The translations under genes and the position numbers were made by a program. Below the pieces are notes generated by a model that was not told where the DNA came from, made no database searches, and worked only from the letters and a program-made list of their open reading frames with translations. 64,000 nucleotides of DNA from Antedon mediterranea (taxonomy: Eukaryota; Animalia; Echinodermata). Below, piece by piece: positions 1 through 13,190 of the stretch (the stretch's first letter is position 1; every line of letters begins with the position of its first letter). The stretch covers positions 439,788 to 503,787 of the forward strand of contig NC_092676.1 in the NCBI RefSeq assembly GCF_964355755.1. The letters are read 5' to 3'.

Positions 1-146
1 TGTTTGACCGGGGTAATGAGGTGAATTATACCTATATAAGAATGACACATTTTAACTTTTCACAATGCCTATTCATCTTTATCAACCTAAAAAACTCAAC
101 CTTAAAATAGGCATGATCTATGACATTTTGTTTACTCAAATTTTAG

Positions 147-3100
147 GTTTTACAAATGACATTACGAACCAGACACCTGGAAATTGAGGTCAAAGACCTC
201 CGCCGCCAAGTGAAGCATTTGACAAAATTTTGCCGGCAACAAGGTGGCTGCATTCAGTCATCTGAAAGGTATAATTATATATTCAATGTTTATTGCACTC
301 ATTCCTTAGTTAGTCGACCACAAAATGTCTATTAAACTATGAAAAATACTTTAAAAACACCAACTGTGTTATACCTTATAGCTAATTGTTTATTAGAATG
401 TATATTGATTGGAAATGTAGCCTTAAAGTTAAGCATTTCTTTTTCTGTTTTAAAGGTTAATCGCAACCCTTCTAAACACAATCCGTAAACAATTCTACCT
501 GATAAAAGGCTCTAACATCGCTACATCAGAAACACTTGCCGAGTTTGAGAATATTCAAAAGCAGGTAGAGGGCGAGAGAGAAGTGTTATGGGCGGACATG
601 GCAGATGATCCATGCAGTGATGTAAACAGTTTACTGGAATTACCGGTGTTAAGTGGTGTCAGGACAACGCCAGAAGGTATGCTTTCTTACCATATATTAA
701 CTTTAAAGCTCAGGTACAGGCATGAATTTTAAATATAATATTTGGTTAATTGTACATAAATCAAATATTTGTAACAGAAATCGAAACGAAAAAACATGAA
801 TTTCCCTTAATATGGTCAAATACAAAATTTGGCAAAATTCTTCCATAAAAACCAGGAAGACTTTTTTTCAGTAGTTAGGTAGTTAACCTAATGTAATAAC
901 ATGTCTGGTGACTCCCTAGACAGTGAAAAAAGATGGTGGATATATGGTGGATAATTTTTGCTATAGCATGAAAATAAAAATCTGAAGTTGAATAAAAATA
1001 TCAGAAATGTAATATTCAAGTTATATTACCTATATTTAGTCATCTGATGACATTTTTTACCACACCGTTTATTTTTCATAGCTTTTTAAAATGCCTCTCT
1101 ATTTACAAAATTTGTGTACAAAAGAATAGAGATTTTACTGTGTAATTTGAACTATCCCCCCACTGATAAGAAAGTGCTTATTTTCAACAAGCTCATGTAA
1201 CACAAATAAAATCCCAAAAATTATGAAACATAGGGGAAACTATAGATCGATAATTATTGGAATGTATGATCAATATAAATTGTTTGCCCGGCGCACCTGG
1301 CCTTTAAACTAACAGCAATACAACGTTACTACAGTATAAAGCTCTATCTACATTATCAAACTAGTTTGACAAAAAAAGTGTGATGTGTTGATATGCTTAA
1401 ATATGGTAGTGATATGACATCATCATGTCCATATATGGACAAGTCACATTTTGTTGTCTCATAAAATTTGATAGTGTAGACACAGCTGTTGCCAACCGTA
1501 ACATTTTAAAAAAGTAAATATTTATGATTATCAATTTTTTAAATTTAATATTTTCTTTCCAGCTCCAACAATGGGTGATACTTATGTAATACAAGGTAAA
1601 ATATATTTTTTTATTCAATTTTCAAAATATACAGTATTTATTTATTGTGATATAAATACTGTGTGGTTCGTAATTTTTCCTGAAATTATTTAACTAATTT
1701 AAAAAATTAATATTTTTGCGCTGTTTTAGATAACTCATCGACACCTCTTAAACGAAGCAACAGTGATAAACGTGCAATGACTGCCAGAAATTTAAATCCA
1801 AAAACAGCCAATAACAGAAATCCAGAAACTCTTCCTAACAGTCTGTGCTCAACAACCAATTGTAGACAAACATTCACCTCAGAAACTAGTAAAAATGTTG
1901 CCATTACTCACCAAAAATCAGCTTTAATAGGAACACCGATGCGCGTGTGTACCCCTCGTCAAAATCCTCTTGGGACTCCAATGCGTGTACGTACTCCTCA
2001 CAAGGAAGGAGAATCTATCAGAGATCATCAATCCACGATGAACCAACATACACACAGTACTAAATCAGTGAACATTAATAAAGACTCAAGCTTTACAATT
2101 GAGGGCGTTTGTCCTTTGGATGCTACACCCAACAATCGGACAGTGAGTGCGGGTGATAACATAAGATTAACAAATGAAACAGGTATGTATGTGTCGTATG
2201 GAATATTGCAATTCAGAATGCTGGTTCTACAAGTCATTTGTAAATAGAGGTTGTCAGTAAATATTGCAATTTAGAATGCTGGTTCTACAGGTCATTTGTC
2301 AGTAAATTGGGTGTGTCGTTTGCTATGTATGATGCAGAATCCATATTTTATTTTATTTTATTTAATCAGCATTAAGCAACACTTCCAATATAATTAATTG
2401 CTTACGTCAGAGACATACCACTTTTGTATATGTGTATTGTCACTGAATTCAAAATTATATAAATATACTTCTTCTAGGTCAAGTACTATCATATGCCAAG
2501 GTGGTGTCCACACCAAAACGGCAAGCTGTAAGCCGCCGGGTGCCTCTCACGGACATTGCTGTTAACTCACCTCATCAGTCTCTCGCTAATCCAAAAGCAA
2601 AAACATTCCAGCAAAAAACAAGGTAATGTACTATTACAGTTAAGCATTCAAAACTCTTTTTCAAATATATCAATAAAGTGCTAAAATACAGTAACAATGT
2701 GTTTTCATTCAAAGTGGATTTTTGTTTTAGTAGGACCAAAAAGTTTATGACTGATAAAGTAGGTACCATGCCTAATAAGAATGCAGCTGCGGTTCGAGCA
2801 CTTGGTTTGCCATCCATGTCTGATTGTATACAAGGTATAATAACATTCATTTTTAGTACCAAATAAATCTTCATTTCTGATTTGTTAGTAATTTGCATAT
2901 TTTGGATTGATTTATGATGTAATTGTTTAAATTTTAGGTAAGAAACGAGCAGCGCCGCCAGCGTACATGATGTTGACAACAGCAGCAAAAAACAAGAGAA
3001 CAAATAACCATCATACAAGGTAAGACATTTGGAATCAAATTACGTACTGTAAATAAGTCAAGTGGTTGTGATGACATTGGTACCATTTATATACTGTACT

Positions 3101-4093
3101 GTATCATTCCACATCAAACTTTCTGAATCTGCTCTTACTTCTATGCTATATCTGCTATATACACAATTAAATACAGTAGTAACTCTTTGCTCATTTTGTG
3201 GTTTGATAGGCCATGTTTTTGCAGCCATAACAAACGTTATCGGTAAAATTATTGTTAACCAATCGGATAAAAGATAATTTTATTTTATTTCATCAAAACC
3301 AACAGCAACGAAAGAAACAGCAATAAAGTGCGCATCATTACCGAACAAATGCCAAATCAAAATGCAACAAGTTGTCCTAAGCATTTTTATGATAACTATC
3401 TGATCTGAATTGAATGAGATAATTATGATCATATCCAAATCTCTTAATATTTTTTATTTTGATAGGTCATCATCTGAGCATAAGACACCATTCTCTGCTC
3501 TTCCATCACGAGTAAGGAACAGCAGAGCAGTGCCTTCAAGAAATGTGTAAGTAAAATCACCTGTGTTGTAAAACCACCTGTATTGTAAAACCACCTGTAT
3601 TGTAAAACCATCTGTATTGTAAAACCACCTGTATTGTAAAACCATCTGTATGTAAAACCATCTGTATTGTAAAACCATCTGTATTGTAAAACCACCTGTA
3701 TGATTGTAAAACCACCTGTATGATTGTAAAACCACCTGTATGATTGTAAAACCACCTGTATGATTGTAAAACCACCTGTATGATTGTAAAACCACCTGTA
3801 TGATTGTAAAACCACCTGTATTGTAAAACCACCTGTATTGTAAAACCACCTGTATGTAAAACCACCTGTATGTAAAACCATCTGTATGTAAAACCACCTG
3901 TATTGGAAAACCACCTGTATGTAAAACCATCTGTATGTAAAACCATTTGTATGTAAAACCACCTGTATGTAAAACCATTTGTATAGTTCAGTAAAAGTTA
4001 ATACTAATTAATACCAACATAATTGTATTGTTTCTTTACAGTACTTTGGCTCGAACGAAATCAGTCAACGGTTTGCGGAGTACATGGAAGTGA
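147..4093 (+). CDS. KIF18A: Kinesin-8 KIF18A-like, 3' part (5' exons lie upstream of the window)
   Basis: GT-AG exons with consistent phase: 147-268, 456-676, 1730-2182, 2478-2622, 2734-2834, 2938-3019, 3466-3546, 4042-4093 (TGA). Translation HLEIEVKDLRRQVKHL..LLNTIRKQFYLIK..EFENIQKQVEGEREVLWAD, DSSFTI and PAYMMLTTAAKNKR match my recollection of the KIF18A tail (LLPTLRKQY..VVVWAD, DSTFTI, PSYMAMTTAAKRKR). AATAAA at ~4162. Confidence 0.85.
707..1303. mobile_element. Non-autonomous DNA transposon, Kolobok-like, in a KIF18A intron
   Basis: TTAA on both sides; degenerate terminal inverted repeats AGCTCAGGTAC.. / ..GCACCTGGCCT; no ORF. Confidence 0.5.
1340..1487. mobile_element. Palindromic MITE family A copy
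   Basis: TIR similar to AGCTCTGTCTACACTATCAAACT with the shared ATATGGTAGTGATATGACATC core. Confidence 0.8.
3553..3984. repeat. Minisatellite, 16-20-bp unit AAAACCAYCTGTA(TGA)TTGT, filling most of the last KIF18A intron
   Basis: Tandem units are directly visible and explain the three repetitive minus-strand ORFs. Confidence 0.95.
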
Positions 4094-5413
4094 AATCAGT
4101 CAATGGTTTGCGGAGTACATGGAAGTGAAATCGTTTTTTTTATTGTATGACATTTATTTGCAATAAAATCTGAAAATAAATTCAGATTTTTACTAGATAA
4201 TTTAACATATTTGCATGTAAAGTGCATTGTATATAGCATATTGCTTCATTGTAAACTTTTTTTGTATAAATTATGTATAAAAGAATAATTATAAAGACAT
4301 TACGTATTTCTTGTGCTGCTATGCACTAATTATGTGCATTTATTGACGGTATACGTGGCTGTTGGTAAACAGTTATGATGCTCAGTGTGGTATGGTTTAG
4401 GGCCAAATTTGGTCACAATGCTTATGTTGCTGTAAACTGATTTATTATACTATATCATGCAATTTATTTAAATTATGTTGTGGATTACCATTTAATAATC
4501 ACTTTGTTTCATTAGATTTCTCACCATTTGTTAATCATTGAACTTTGCTTGTAAATTTAGTAGTAATAATTAGTTTGAATTATAAATATCATTGACAACA
4601 GTGTGTGATGTGCCACTCGGTGTTGCTAAAATAAACTTGTATATGTGACTAACACTTGGTTTGTATCATTTGTGATCTTTCTGACTATAAGAACAAATAT
4701 AGTTAATTGATTTGATTGCTTTTATGTTATACGTATACAATAATTGTTTTGATTAAAGTATCAATTATTTATTTCATAATATCAAACCAGTAAGATGTAA
4801 CAATACACATGCGTGAGCGGGTATTTGTAATTTTGCGGAGATTGCCTTCCATAGTAAACAACTTGTCATGCCGTTCCGCATAGATGAGCACGCACATGTT
4901 GAATATATCGGCATCATACCACCACCATCAGCAGCCAGGCGAGTGGTGGAGTGAGATGATTTAGGCCTAGGATAGTAGCTAGCCTATTCGATTATTTATT
5001 GCCTTGGCTCTATTATTGTTTACGACGTTTAGTTGAAATAAGAATGTTGGCAGTATTTGTTTTACTTATGTTATTTTACAGTTTCATTGTTTAGGCTAGG
5101 CTAGAATCCCTGTATGGTAGGCTGGATAAACATATTCCAACCGATTGAACGTGTCATAATGTAGCCATCATAGTTATGGTCAAATCGTACCCAATCTTAG
5201 TCTTACTAACGGGGGTATACTGGCCTTACTTATTATATACACAGACTAGCTCTACTTAGGCTTAAATATTAACCTTTATAAATTGTAATTGGGCCATACA
5301 TTTTCCATTGCTGGGAATTTTTCATTAAAAAAATATAAAAAACTGACACAATATCAAATTTTATTATTAATAATATATAACATATATCATTTTTCGATTA
5401 TTTAGTCACAGGG

Positions 5414-7537
5414 ATGTCTTTGTGTGCTGGACGACTTCTTCATCGTCAGTTTTCAACATCCATTTGCTTGAAGTACCCAAGGTCAATGCGATTGAGAAAC
5501 ACTTCTTCACCCGCTCTTGAAAAGGAGACGAATGATAATGTAGAATTTAGACATTTTCCAGTCATGAAAAATGAAATTCTTGCGTTCCTGGATCCAAAGG
5601 AGGATGAGGTTGGTAATGCATTGTAATTTTGTGTAAAATGTGTATTAAATAATTAATTAATTTGTTTTGAAAACTATGATTACATATATTCTGTGCATTT
5701 AATTTTATGAACATTTCATCCTAATGAACATTTCTGTATTATATACTGTAAATATTGTTTATACCAAAAGAGAGGTATAAAAATATTTTCATACCTCCCT
5801 GATGTACCTATATTGGTTGTAAAAGTGCATTTTAAAGTACAATCTTTGTTTTATGTTTAATATACGTACTAATGTATTTTTGTAATATATTCCTGGTCCA
5901 ATTTTGTTAGTTTTTCATTCTATTACAAGCTTTTTTAGCTTTTTTAGCTTGATCCTGCTTGTTTTTGTAATATTTTTTATTATATAACATTTCATATAAT
6001 CTTTCTTTTAATTGAGAAATGTTGGTATCATTGCTATTTGTGTTTATATTGATATTTGTAGAAGTTCCTTGACATGACCTTTGGTGGTGGAGGTCATTCA
6101 AGATCCATCTTAAAGTGTTCACCAACTAGCCAAGTGTTTGCTCTAGATCGTGATCCTGTTGCATACAATATAGCTAAAACCTTATCAATCAATTACAGGT
6201 ACATTTCTTTATTTTTCTTGTGTGACTTCATCTCATGTTTATTTAAAATCTCAGTGATGAATATATTGTATTCATAATAAGTACATTTGTGACAATGAAA
6301 GTGAGTGTTTAAAGTAGTACATTTGTATCTATGTCTAGTGATAGCTGATGAGTGAGTGATAAATGTATAGCTCCTCCCACACACACTTGCCTCTTATTGA
6401 AGGATGCTAATTTTTCTGCTTATATTTCTGCTTTAAATTCAAATTAATAATAATAGTAATAAATAAAATCATAGTTTATAAAAGAAGCTTCTATTTAAGG
6501 CTGAGAAGAAGTAAACAAATTATTTTTGTTCATTGAAAGATTGAAAGAAATCAATATTTGATTTTATGAAATAATGTGTTTTGCAGAGATCGACTTCATC
6601 CAATGTTAGGAAGATTCTCTGAATTAGATACGGTTGCTAAGGATATTGGTCTCCAAGAAGGCATTTTAGATGGTGTCGTCATTGATGCCGGCTGCTCCTC
6701 AATGCAATTTGATACAGCAGAGCGAGGCTTTGCACTGAGCAAGTCTGGACCACTTGATATGCGAATGGATGGAGATAACAGGTTGTTATAAAATAAATAT
6801 TTTGTTTAGAGTTAAGTAGGTATGAAATTATATTACAGTGTTTGAAACAGACAATGATTTGTAATTAGATATTGATCTGTTTTTCTCTCTGATCTACAAA
6901 AAAGAAATAATGATTTTTATTTTCCTCACACAGACATGAAAATCAGCCAACAGCGGCTGATGTTGTAAACTCATTGAATGTTGAAACCCTTGCCAGAATA
7001 ATAAAGGCGTACGGAGAAGAAAGACAGGCTAAGAAAATTGCGCAATTGATAGTTGAATTCAGAGAAAAATACCACCCGATTAAAACGACATCGGAATTAG
7101 CAAACATTGTTTCATTTGCCTTTACACACACTCAATCCAGCCAATCAAAAGACATGATAGGTAGAAAAATGCACGTAGCAACAAGAACATTCCAGGCGTT
7201 AAGAATATTTGTGAATAATGAACTAGAAGAGTTGAGTAACGGTTTGAATTTGGTATCAAAGTTTCTGAAACCTGGAGGCAGGATTGCTGTATTGACGTTT
7301 CACTCGTTGGAGGACAGAATCGTGAAAAGAATTCTGCAGGGAAGACATGCAATGGAACCTGGTAAAAGTATACATCAAAAGAAGAGAGACAATTTTACAT
7401 ATAATACAGAAAGTGGTCATGAAAATCAAATTAAAATTTGGTCTTTTGACGATAAATTCATGGAACCATCAGAGAAGGAGGTCGAGAAAAACCCAAGGTC
7501 ACGGTCAGCAAAATTGAGGAAAGCTGTCAAGTTATGA
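5414..7537 (+). CDS. METTL15: Mitochondrial 12S rRNA m4C methyltransferase METTL15 (RsmH/MraW family)
   Basis: Exons 5414-5608, 6062-6198, 6587-6781, 6934-7537. RsmH motifs [80 protein letters not shown] possible upstream exon (4884-4938) is described under findings. Confidence 0.96.
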
Positions 7538-7570
7538 AACATATATTGTTAGTGAATCATATTTATATAA

Positions 7571-7642
7571 AGCTCTGTCTACACTATCAAACTTATTTGA
7601 TGAAAAAAGTGTCACAAAGTTTTTGATTGTGTAAACAGAGCT
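7571..7642. mobile_element. MITE family A copy (internally deleted) just after the METTL15 stop
   Basis: Both TIRs present. Confidence 0.75.
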
Positions 7643-8377
7643 TTAGACAGAGTTGGTGTATACTTTGTTGTATATCCAGTATTTATTTCTTCTATGCAAC
7701 ACTAATGGGTGAATTTAAAAGCTTACTTTGTGTAATGGAACACTACAGGGACATAGGGCCTAAATTCATAAAAATACAATGCAAAAAATAGAACTTTATT
7801 TTAGGCCCTAAGCCCCATTTATTTCAAAATCCAGAATCTGCATGAAGGTAATAAATTATCATTGTTGCACCTCTTGTATTATAATTTGAAGCTACAGAAT
7901 GCGATTGTCTTTACTAGAATTATCTTTCAAAATATCCATAGATAGCAAATTTATCATAAAAAAGTTTCTACAATTGATGCTTAGGGAATAGTAGGCCTAT
8001 ATTCTAACTAATCATGCATTTTAATGCCTTAGGTACCAATTTACACTCTTGGTTAAAGAATCACTGTGTTGGCTTGGGAGACGAGCACGTAACAGGTGTC
8101 TGAGAAGAATCAAGATGAAACAGAGAGCTGAACAGGTTGTTTAAAGTTAGCTTTTTATTTCTAGTACAAGTTCAATAATATTTATTGAAATCAGCAAAAT
8201 AAAGGACAAAAAATAGAATGGAACAATTAAAATTTGGTCCAAAACTATTCTGGTATTAATAATATATACAGTATTTCATTATTGAAAAAAAAAATTGCAG
8301 CCAAATAATAAGTAGATAAAGTCAATTTTAGATATTGATAGTCAAATGAGGTATTGATTGATGGACCCTGATGTGCG

Positions 8378-11300
8378 TTACAAAGCCAGGAATTCTTTCT
8401 TCTTCTTGTAGTATTCATCTAAACGTATAATGCCATATCTAAAAAAAAAAAGATTGATTGTACTACTTAATTTGGTAGTTCATAAAAGTATACACCACCA
8501 AATTTTTGATTTATTTGGTTTGTAAAATGTAATTAAAATGCTCTTGTAAATGATGCATATAAATACATGCAGTTTAATAGATAAACTTTTAAATTTCAAA
8601 GGTCGACATTAATTCAATAAGGTCAGACTTACTGTAGGAAGTCAAAATCGATGACAGAGTTGTAAGCTTGTATTATGCCCCATAGTCCCCAAAACATATG
8701 AGAAGCCTTTATAGGAGAAAATGAAATGTTAAGTTAGTTTGGATTTTAGAATCCCCCAGTCTAAAAATATACCATCCCCTAGCACCCCCGCCTCTCAGAA
8801 GCGGCTTCATTATTTTGTAACCTAGGATTACAAAACCCTTTTACAACATCCCTGTTAAGTAACATGATAAATTGTGTTTACATATTAACCTACCAATGCA
8901 AACTTATTAACAGTTGCATAGAATCTTTCTAGTTGTCCTTCCGTGATTGGTCCATCTATATTTTTTGCTTTGTTCCAATTGGTCAAATATTCTCTCAACC
9001 ATTTCAATTGATACTCTTTTCCAGGATAAAGATTGTAGTCAACTTCATCAATACCTGTAGTTAAAATCTTTCTTTATATTACTCTGAGTACATTAACATA
9101 CAATATAACAGTTTTACTTTATAGTAGTATTATTTAAGTGTACCCATAAGAGGTACACCCCATCTCACCCGCTCAATCCTGCACTTACCGGCATATTCAT
9201 TGAAATGGTTAGCAATATCAAAAGCTTGGTAGCTGTAGGATGCATATTCATAGTCAATGAACGAAACTTTGTCTAAAAAATAAAGATTTTAAACCAGATA
9301 GAGTTTGCGTATTTTACTCTGTGTACCTAATAATTATATATACATTTTTCATAAGGTCAATTTACCTTTGACCTTATCAAAAAGAACGTTCTCAAGTAGA
9401 AGATCATGATGTGTAAAAACAACGTTGTTATTGTCTTGTTTTGTCAACACTTCTTCTAACAAATCAATTTCTTTTGACAGAATATCAGCACTAGGATATT
9501 CTTTCAAATATCTAGAATGAAAGTAATTTTTATAAGAATGTTATTAAATGGCAAGTTTTTACTTATTGATTATTGAAAATGAGCATTGTTTGATTTTTCA
9601 AAAATATTTGGAATTCAGCTCAGAAGTGTGTACTTTGTCTTGCCAGTTATAAATTAGCAACACCAAGATCATTTACTATAATGGTTTGACTGAATATTTT
9701 TATAAAAGTATTTTGCAGAATGAAATGATAAAAAACTACTTTTCATTTTTAAGAGGGTCATCAAATTTGGCTGGAAGTGCCTTTTGCCATTTTCTGAGCG
9801 TTTTGAAGAGTGTTGGTTCTGGAACAACACCCTCTGGTGGCTGAATACAATGCATTCGCACCAGCTCTTTTGCGATCAGCCTGTATAAAGATTGACAAAA
9901 AAAAAATGTAAATTAGAAAATTACACTTATTTAAAGCTATGAGAATTGTTCACAAAATGTTAATTACGGTATCTAGTTTGCCTCTGTTAAGCTCTGTCCA
10001 CAAAAAAGTGTGATGTATCAAAATACATCACATTTTTTTGTTACATAAAGTTTGATTGTGTAGACATGACTTAAATCAAATTATTTTCACAGACAAGACT
10101 GCTTTTATGTACTGCTGTATAATAATTACAAGAACTACTAACTTTGCTATCTGTTCATCACGAACACTTTGCATTGTCAGCGTGACACCAGTAATATAAT
10201 CATAACAAAGTCCATTGTTGAAGATAACGTACAGTTCTGGACCACAATCGGCAGCAAAAAGAATTTGAAATGTTTTAATCTCGCTTTCACGGTCAATAAT
10301 CACTTCGGTCTTCAAACCATAAATGCGGACAAGTACCATATTGGACTTGTTTTCACCCAAGTAGCATCCTATCAACTTGTTTGTAATCCCTGATGTAAAT
10401 ATCTGTGACAGTGGAAACTGGTTTTTAATATTTATTTAATAAATCTGAATGCATTGATTGGGTGGCCTATAATGTGCACAAAAATGCAACATTTCTTATT
10501 ATTAATGGTGTATTGCCTAAAAAAAAAAGAAAAATAAATCATTTTGTAATATTCAGTTCAAGAAAAATAATACTCATACTGTATAAACAAAAATTGTTTA
10601 CAAATTATTTTGTCAGTTGGAAAATATATCTTTAATAATTTATAAAATATAGGCCTACATTCTTTTTATCAACAATTTTCTTTAATGATAGCTACAGAAG
10701 AGATGTTGCTAATCTAGGCTAGCTATTTATTATACTCTACTCTATACGTCTAAACTTGTATAGCAGTTACTGTAGGATTAGGACCAAGGACAACTGGCCC
10801 CTATACTACTACTACTAGGCTAGTAAACTACTGCTTTCTAGGGGATCCAGTCAAGTCGCCCCATCGCAAAGTCGCCCCATACAAAGTCGCCCAATACAAA
10901 GTCGCCCCATCGCAAAGTCGCCCCAAAACAAAGTCGCCCGGGCACAGTCGCCCCATCTCAAAGTCGCCCCATTACAAAGTCGCCCCATCGCAAATTCGCC
11001 CCATCGCAAAGTCGCCCAAACGCAAAGTCGCCCCATCGCAAAGTCGCCCACGGTTTTAATCATATCGGTCGTTTGATTTTTTAGGATAATATAATAAATG
11101 TATAAATGTGTAGTAGGCCTTCGTATAGATTTACAGTAGTTAAAACAATAACAGTGTTGTAAGACAATAAGTGTTATAGGCTACTTATTGATCATTTTGC
11201 ATTTATTGACAAGTTATGTGTCTTAATTTTATAATGACTTTTCAAAATGAAGAAAAAAAAAGGGGATTTCATTGCCGATATGATTGTTTTACATGCAGGT

Positions 11301-12872
11301 ATTAGTAAAATTAAAACGCGACATTTTGACCATGGAAAAACCATCGTACAGTATCGTGTGCGTGTTTGTTAAAAAGGGGAATCCCCGACGGTCAGCAGAA
11401 AGACGTAGCAGCTGTGAGGAAACAGATAACAGAAGGCGCAGCTCCGATTGGATTCAGAGAATGTTTCAGATGGCGAGTGGCCTTTTATTCAACAGCACAA
11501 TGATCATTTTACTGAAGAAATTCTTTTCAATCCTTTTGGTTATAGAACATTCTAATTATAATGCCTAATAAATATCCTCATATCGGGTGTTTATTTAATT
11601 TTAAATTAAACAAGACAGTGAAGAGGCACGGAATAATACGTACACGGACGTACGACAAATACACACACGCACGTTATCATTTACGACATTATAGTAGTGA
11701 TATGATGCAATTTTATAATGGATATAATGATGGTATTGCCTTTCCAGGAGTCTTACAATCAATGTTCACTGTAATACTATGTATATAATAGTAAACTGAA
11801 TGTTTATAAATAAATTGTTTTACGTAATTTGTTGCATACAAAATAAAAGATACAGACGTAGCCTATACGTTTCCTATAAAATATTTCACATTTAAATAAT
11901 TATGTACTGTTAAATGACATTATGCTGGATAATACTATATCTCAAACTATGTTTACAAATTTTCATTTTTTAAGCCACACATCTTTCTCATCATACTGAT
12001 CTGTAAAATAAAAACAAAAATCAATTATTAATATAGGCCTAAATAATAATAATAAATATTCATCGACCAAAGTAAAAATAATCTAGATCGTATAACATCA
12101 TTTTATCGCGACCGATTTCGAACGCGACTGATATCATGTGGTAATGATTGAAATGTGGTATTATTATTATCATCGTAAAACTCCGGCGGGGTTTCCCCAT
12201 CTTCAGATGGTGCGTTGTAGAGTGCGACAACGGCAACGGCGGAGTAATTACGGGGGTTTCCCTCTGGTAAGCTAGCACGAGTGCGACCGCGGAGTGATTA
12301 GTCGGGGGCTTCCTCTCTGATGATATGGGGGTGCGTGCCGATCGTGTGACCTGAGACTACATGGCGGGGCTTCCCCTTTTATGCCTACACGTTCAGTGTT
12401 ATTTTGTGTATCATTGCAACATTTTACGCACTTGTAAACTATTTTTTAACGTTTTGGGGCGAGTTTGCAATAGGGCGACTTTGTGATGGGGCGACTTTGC
12501 GATGGAGCGACTTTGCGTTGGGGCGACTTTGCGATGGGGCGACTTTGCGATAGGGCGACTGTGTCGGGGCGACTTTGTTTTGGGGCGACTTTGCAATGGG
12601 GCGACTGTGTAAGGGGCGACTTTGTATGGGGCGACTTTGCGATGGGGCGACTTGACTAGCATCCCTTTCTAGTTGGGATGGAGGAGGCCTACTTTAGGTA
12701 GTCACTATAAATAATAATATGAACTACACGTGTCTTCCACCTTAAATTGGATATCGCTTTGAGTCCAGTTTGGTCGCACAACACTCATTAATTTTAGGCA
12801 GTCTTCTTTTTCAAATCCATCTCTAACAGTAACATCAATTCGTGGAATATCAACTTTATTATTAGGATCCAT
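8378..12872 (-). CDS. ETNK1: Ethanolamine kinase (ETNK1/2-like)
   Basis: Minus-strand exons 12872-12741, 10402-10143, 9880-9740, 9511-9366, 9272-9189, 9054-8894, 8706-8633, 8438-8378. Motifs GITNKL, VLVRIYG, Brenner-type HHDLLLENV, FIDYEYASYSYQAFDIANHFNEYAG, WGLWGIIQA, FDFLQYG. An in-frame upstream ATG near 13031 could extend the N-terminus. Confidence 0.94.
9991..10071. mobile_element. MITE family A copy (degenerate)
   Basis: AGCTCTGTCCAC..AAAGTTTGATTGTGTAGAC. Confidence 0.65.
10843..12664. mobile_element. Non-autonomous MULE/Phantom-like transposon in ETNK intron 1
   Basis: About 200-bp inverted ends built of tandem ~16-bp AAAGTCGCCCCATCGC units; termini GGATCCAGTCAAGTCGCC / GGCGACTTGACTAGCATCC; flanks CTTTCTAGG / CTTTCTAGT (8-9-bp TSD). 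Confidence 0.85.
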
Positions 12873-13049
12873 GTCTGATGTGATACCGCGGCGGTTTATG
12901 TGATGTGGTGTCACTACACTATCTTTGAGATGGTTGTGGGATTCAGGATATTGTGTACGTACGCAATGAACCACATCGACCCTGGGAATAATTCCTGTTA
13001 AAGACAACTTGTTAGAAGATGTACCAATCATGGTATAGTAATACAAAAT

Positions 13050-13190
13050 TGTGTTCGCTGATTGGCTAATCTTTTTTATCTAACACAATTTTACATGCGA
13101 TCAAAGGTTGTTCAGTCACATGATCTCAATCAATTACCAGCAAAACAACAAAGTTTCTGAAATCAGAGTCTTTGATGTACAAAATGCAGG
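13050..13190. promoter_or_regulatory. Putative bidirectional promoter shared by ETNK and HPS5
   Basis: Head-to-head genes; inverted CCAAT (GATTGG ~13060), ATCAAAG ~13100, GTCACATGAT 13115-13124; probable short first exon ending at donor CAG|GTAGGT ~13189. Confidence 0.55.

Noticed and set aside
1397-1618. ORFs sharing the peptide YMDMMMSYHYHI (also 35014-35214)
   Set aside because: The shared peptide is the MITE family A core read on the minus strand.
3444-3978. Three long minus-strand ORFs (129-174 aa)
   Set aside because: They are translations of the intronic minisatellite.
10851-12662. ORFs 10851-11063, 11284-11568 and 12411-12662 as transposase fragments
   Set aside because: They derive from terminal repeats or short internal sequence, with no DDE or zinc-finger motif.
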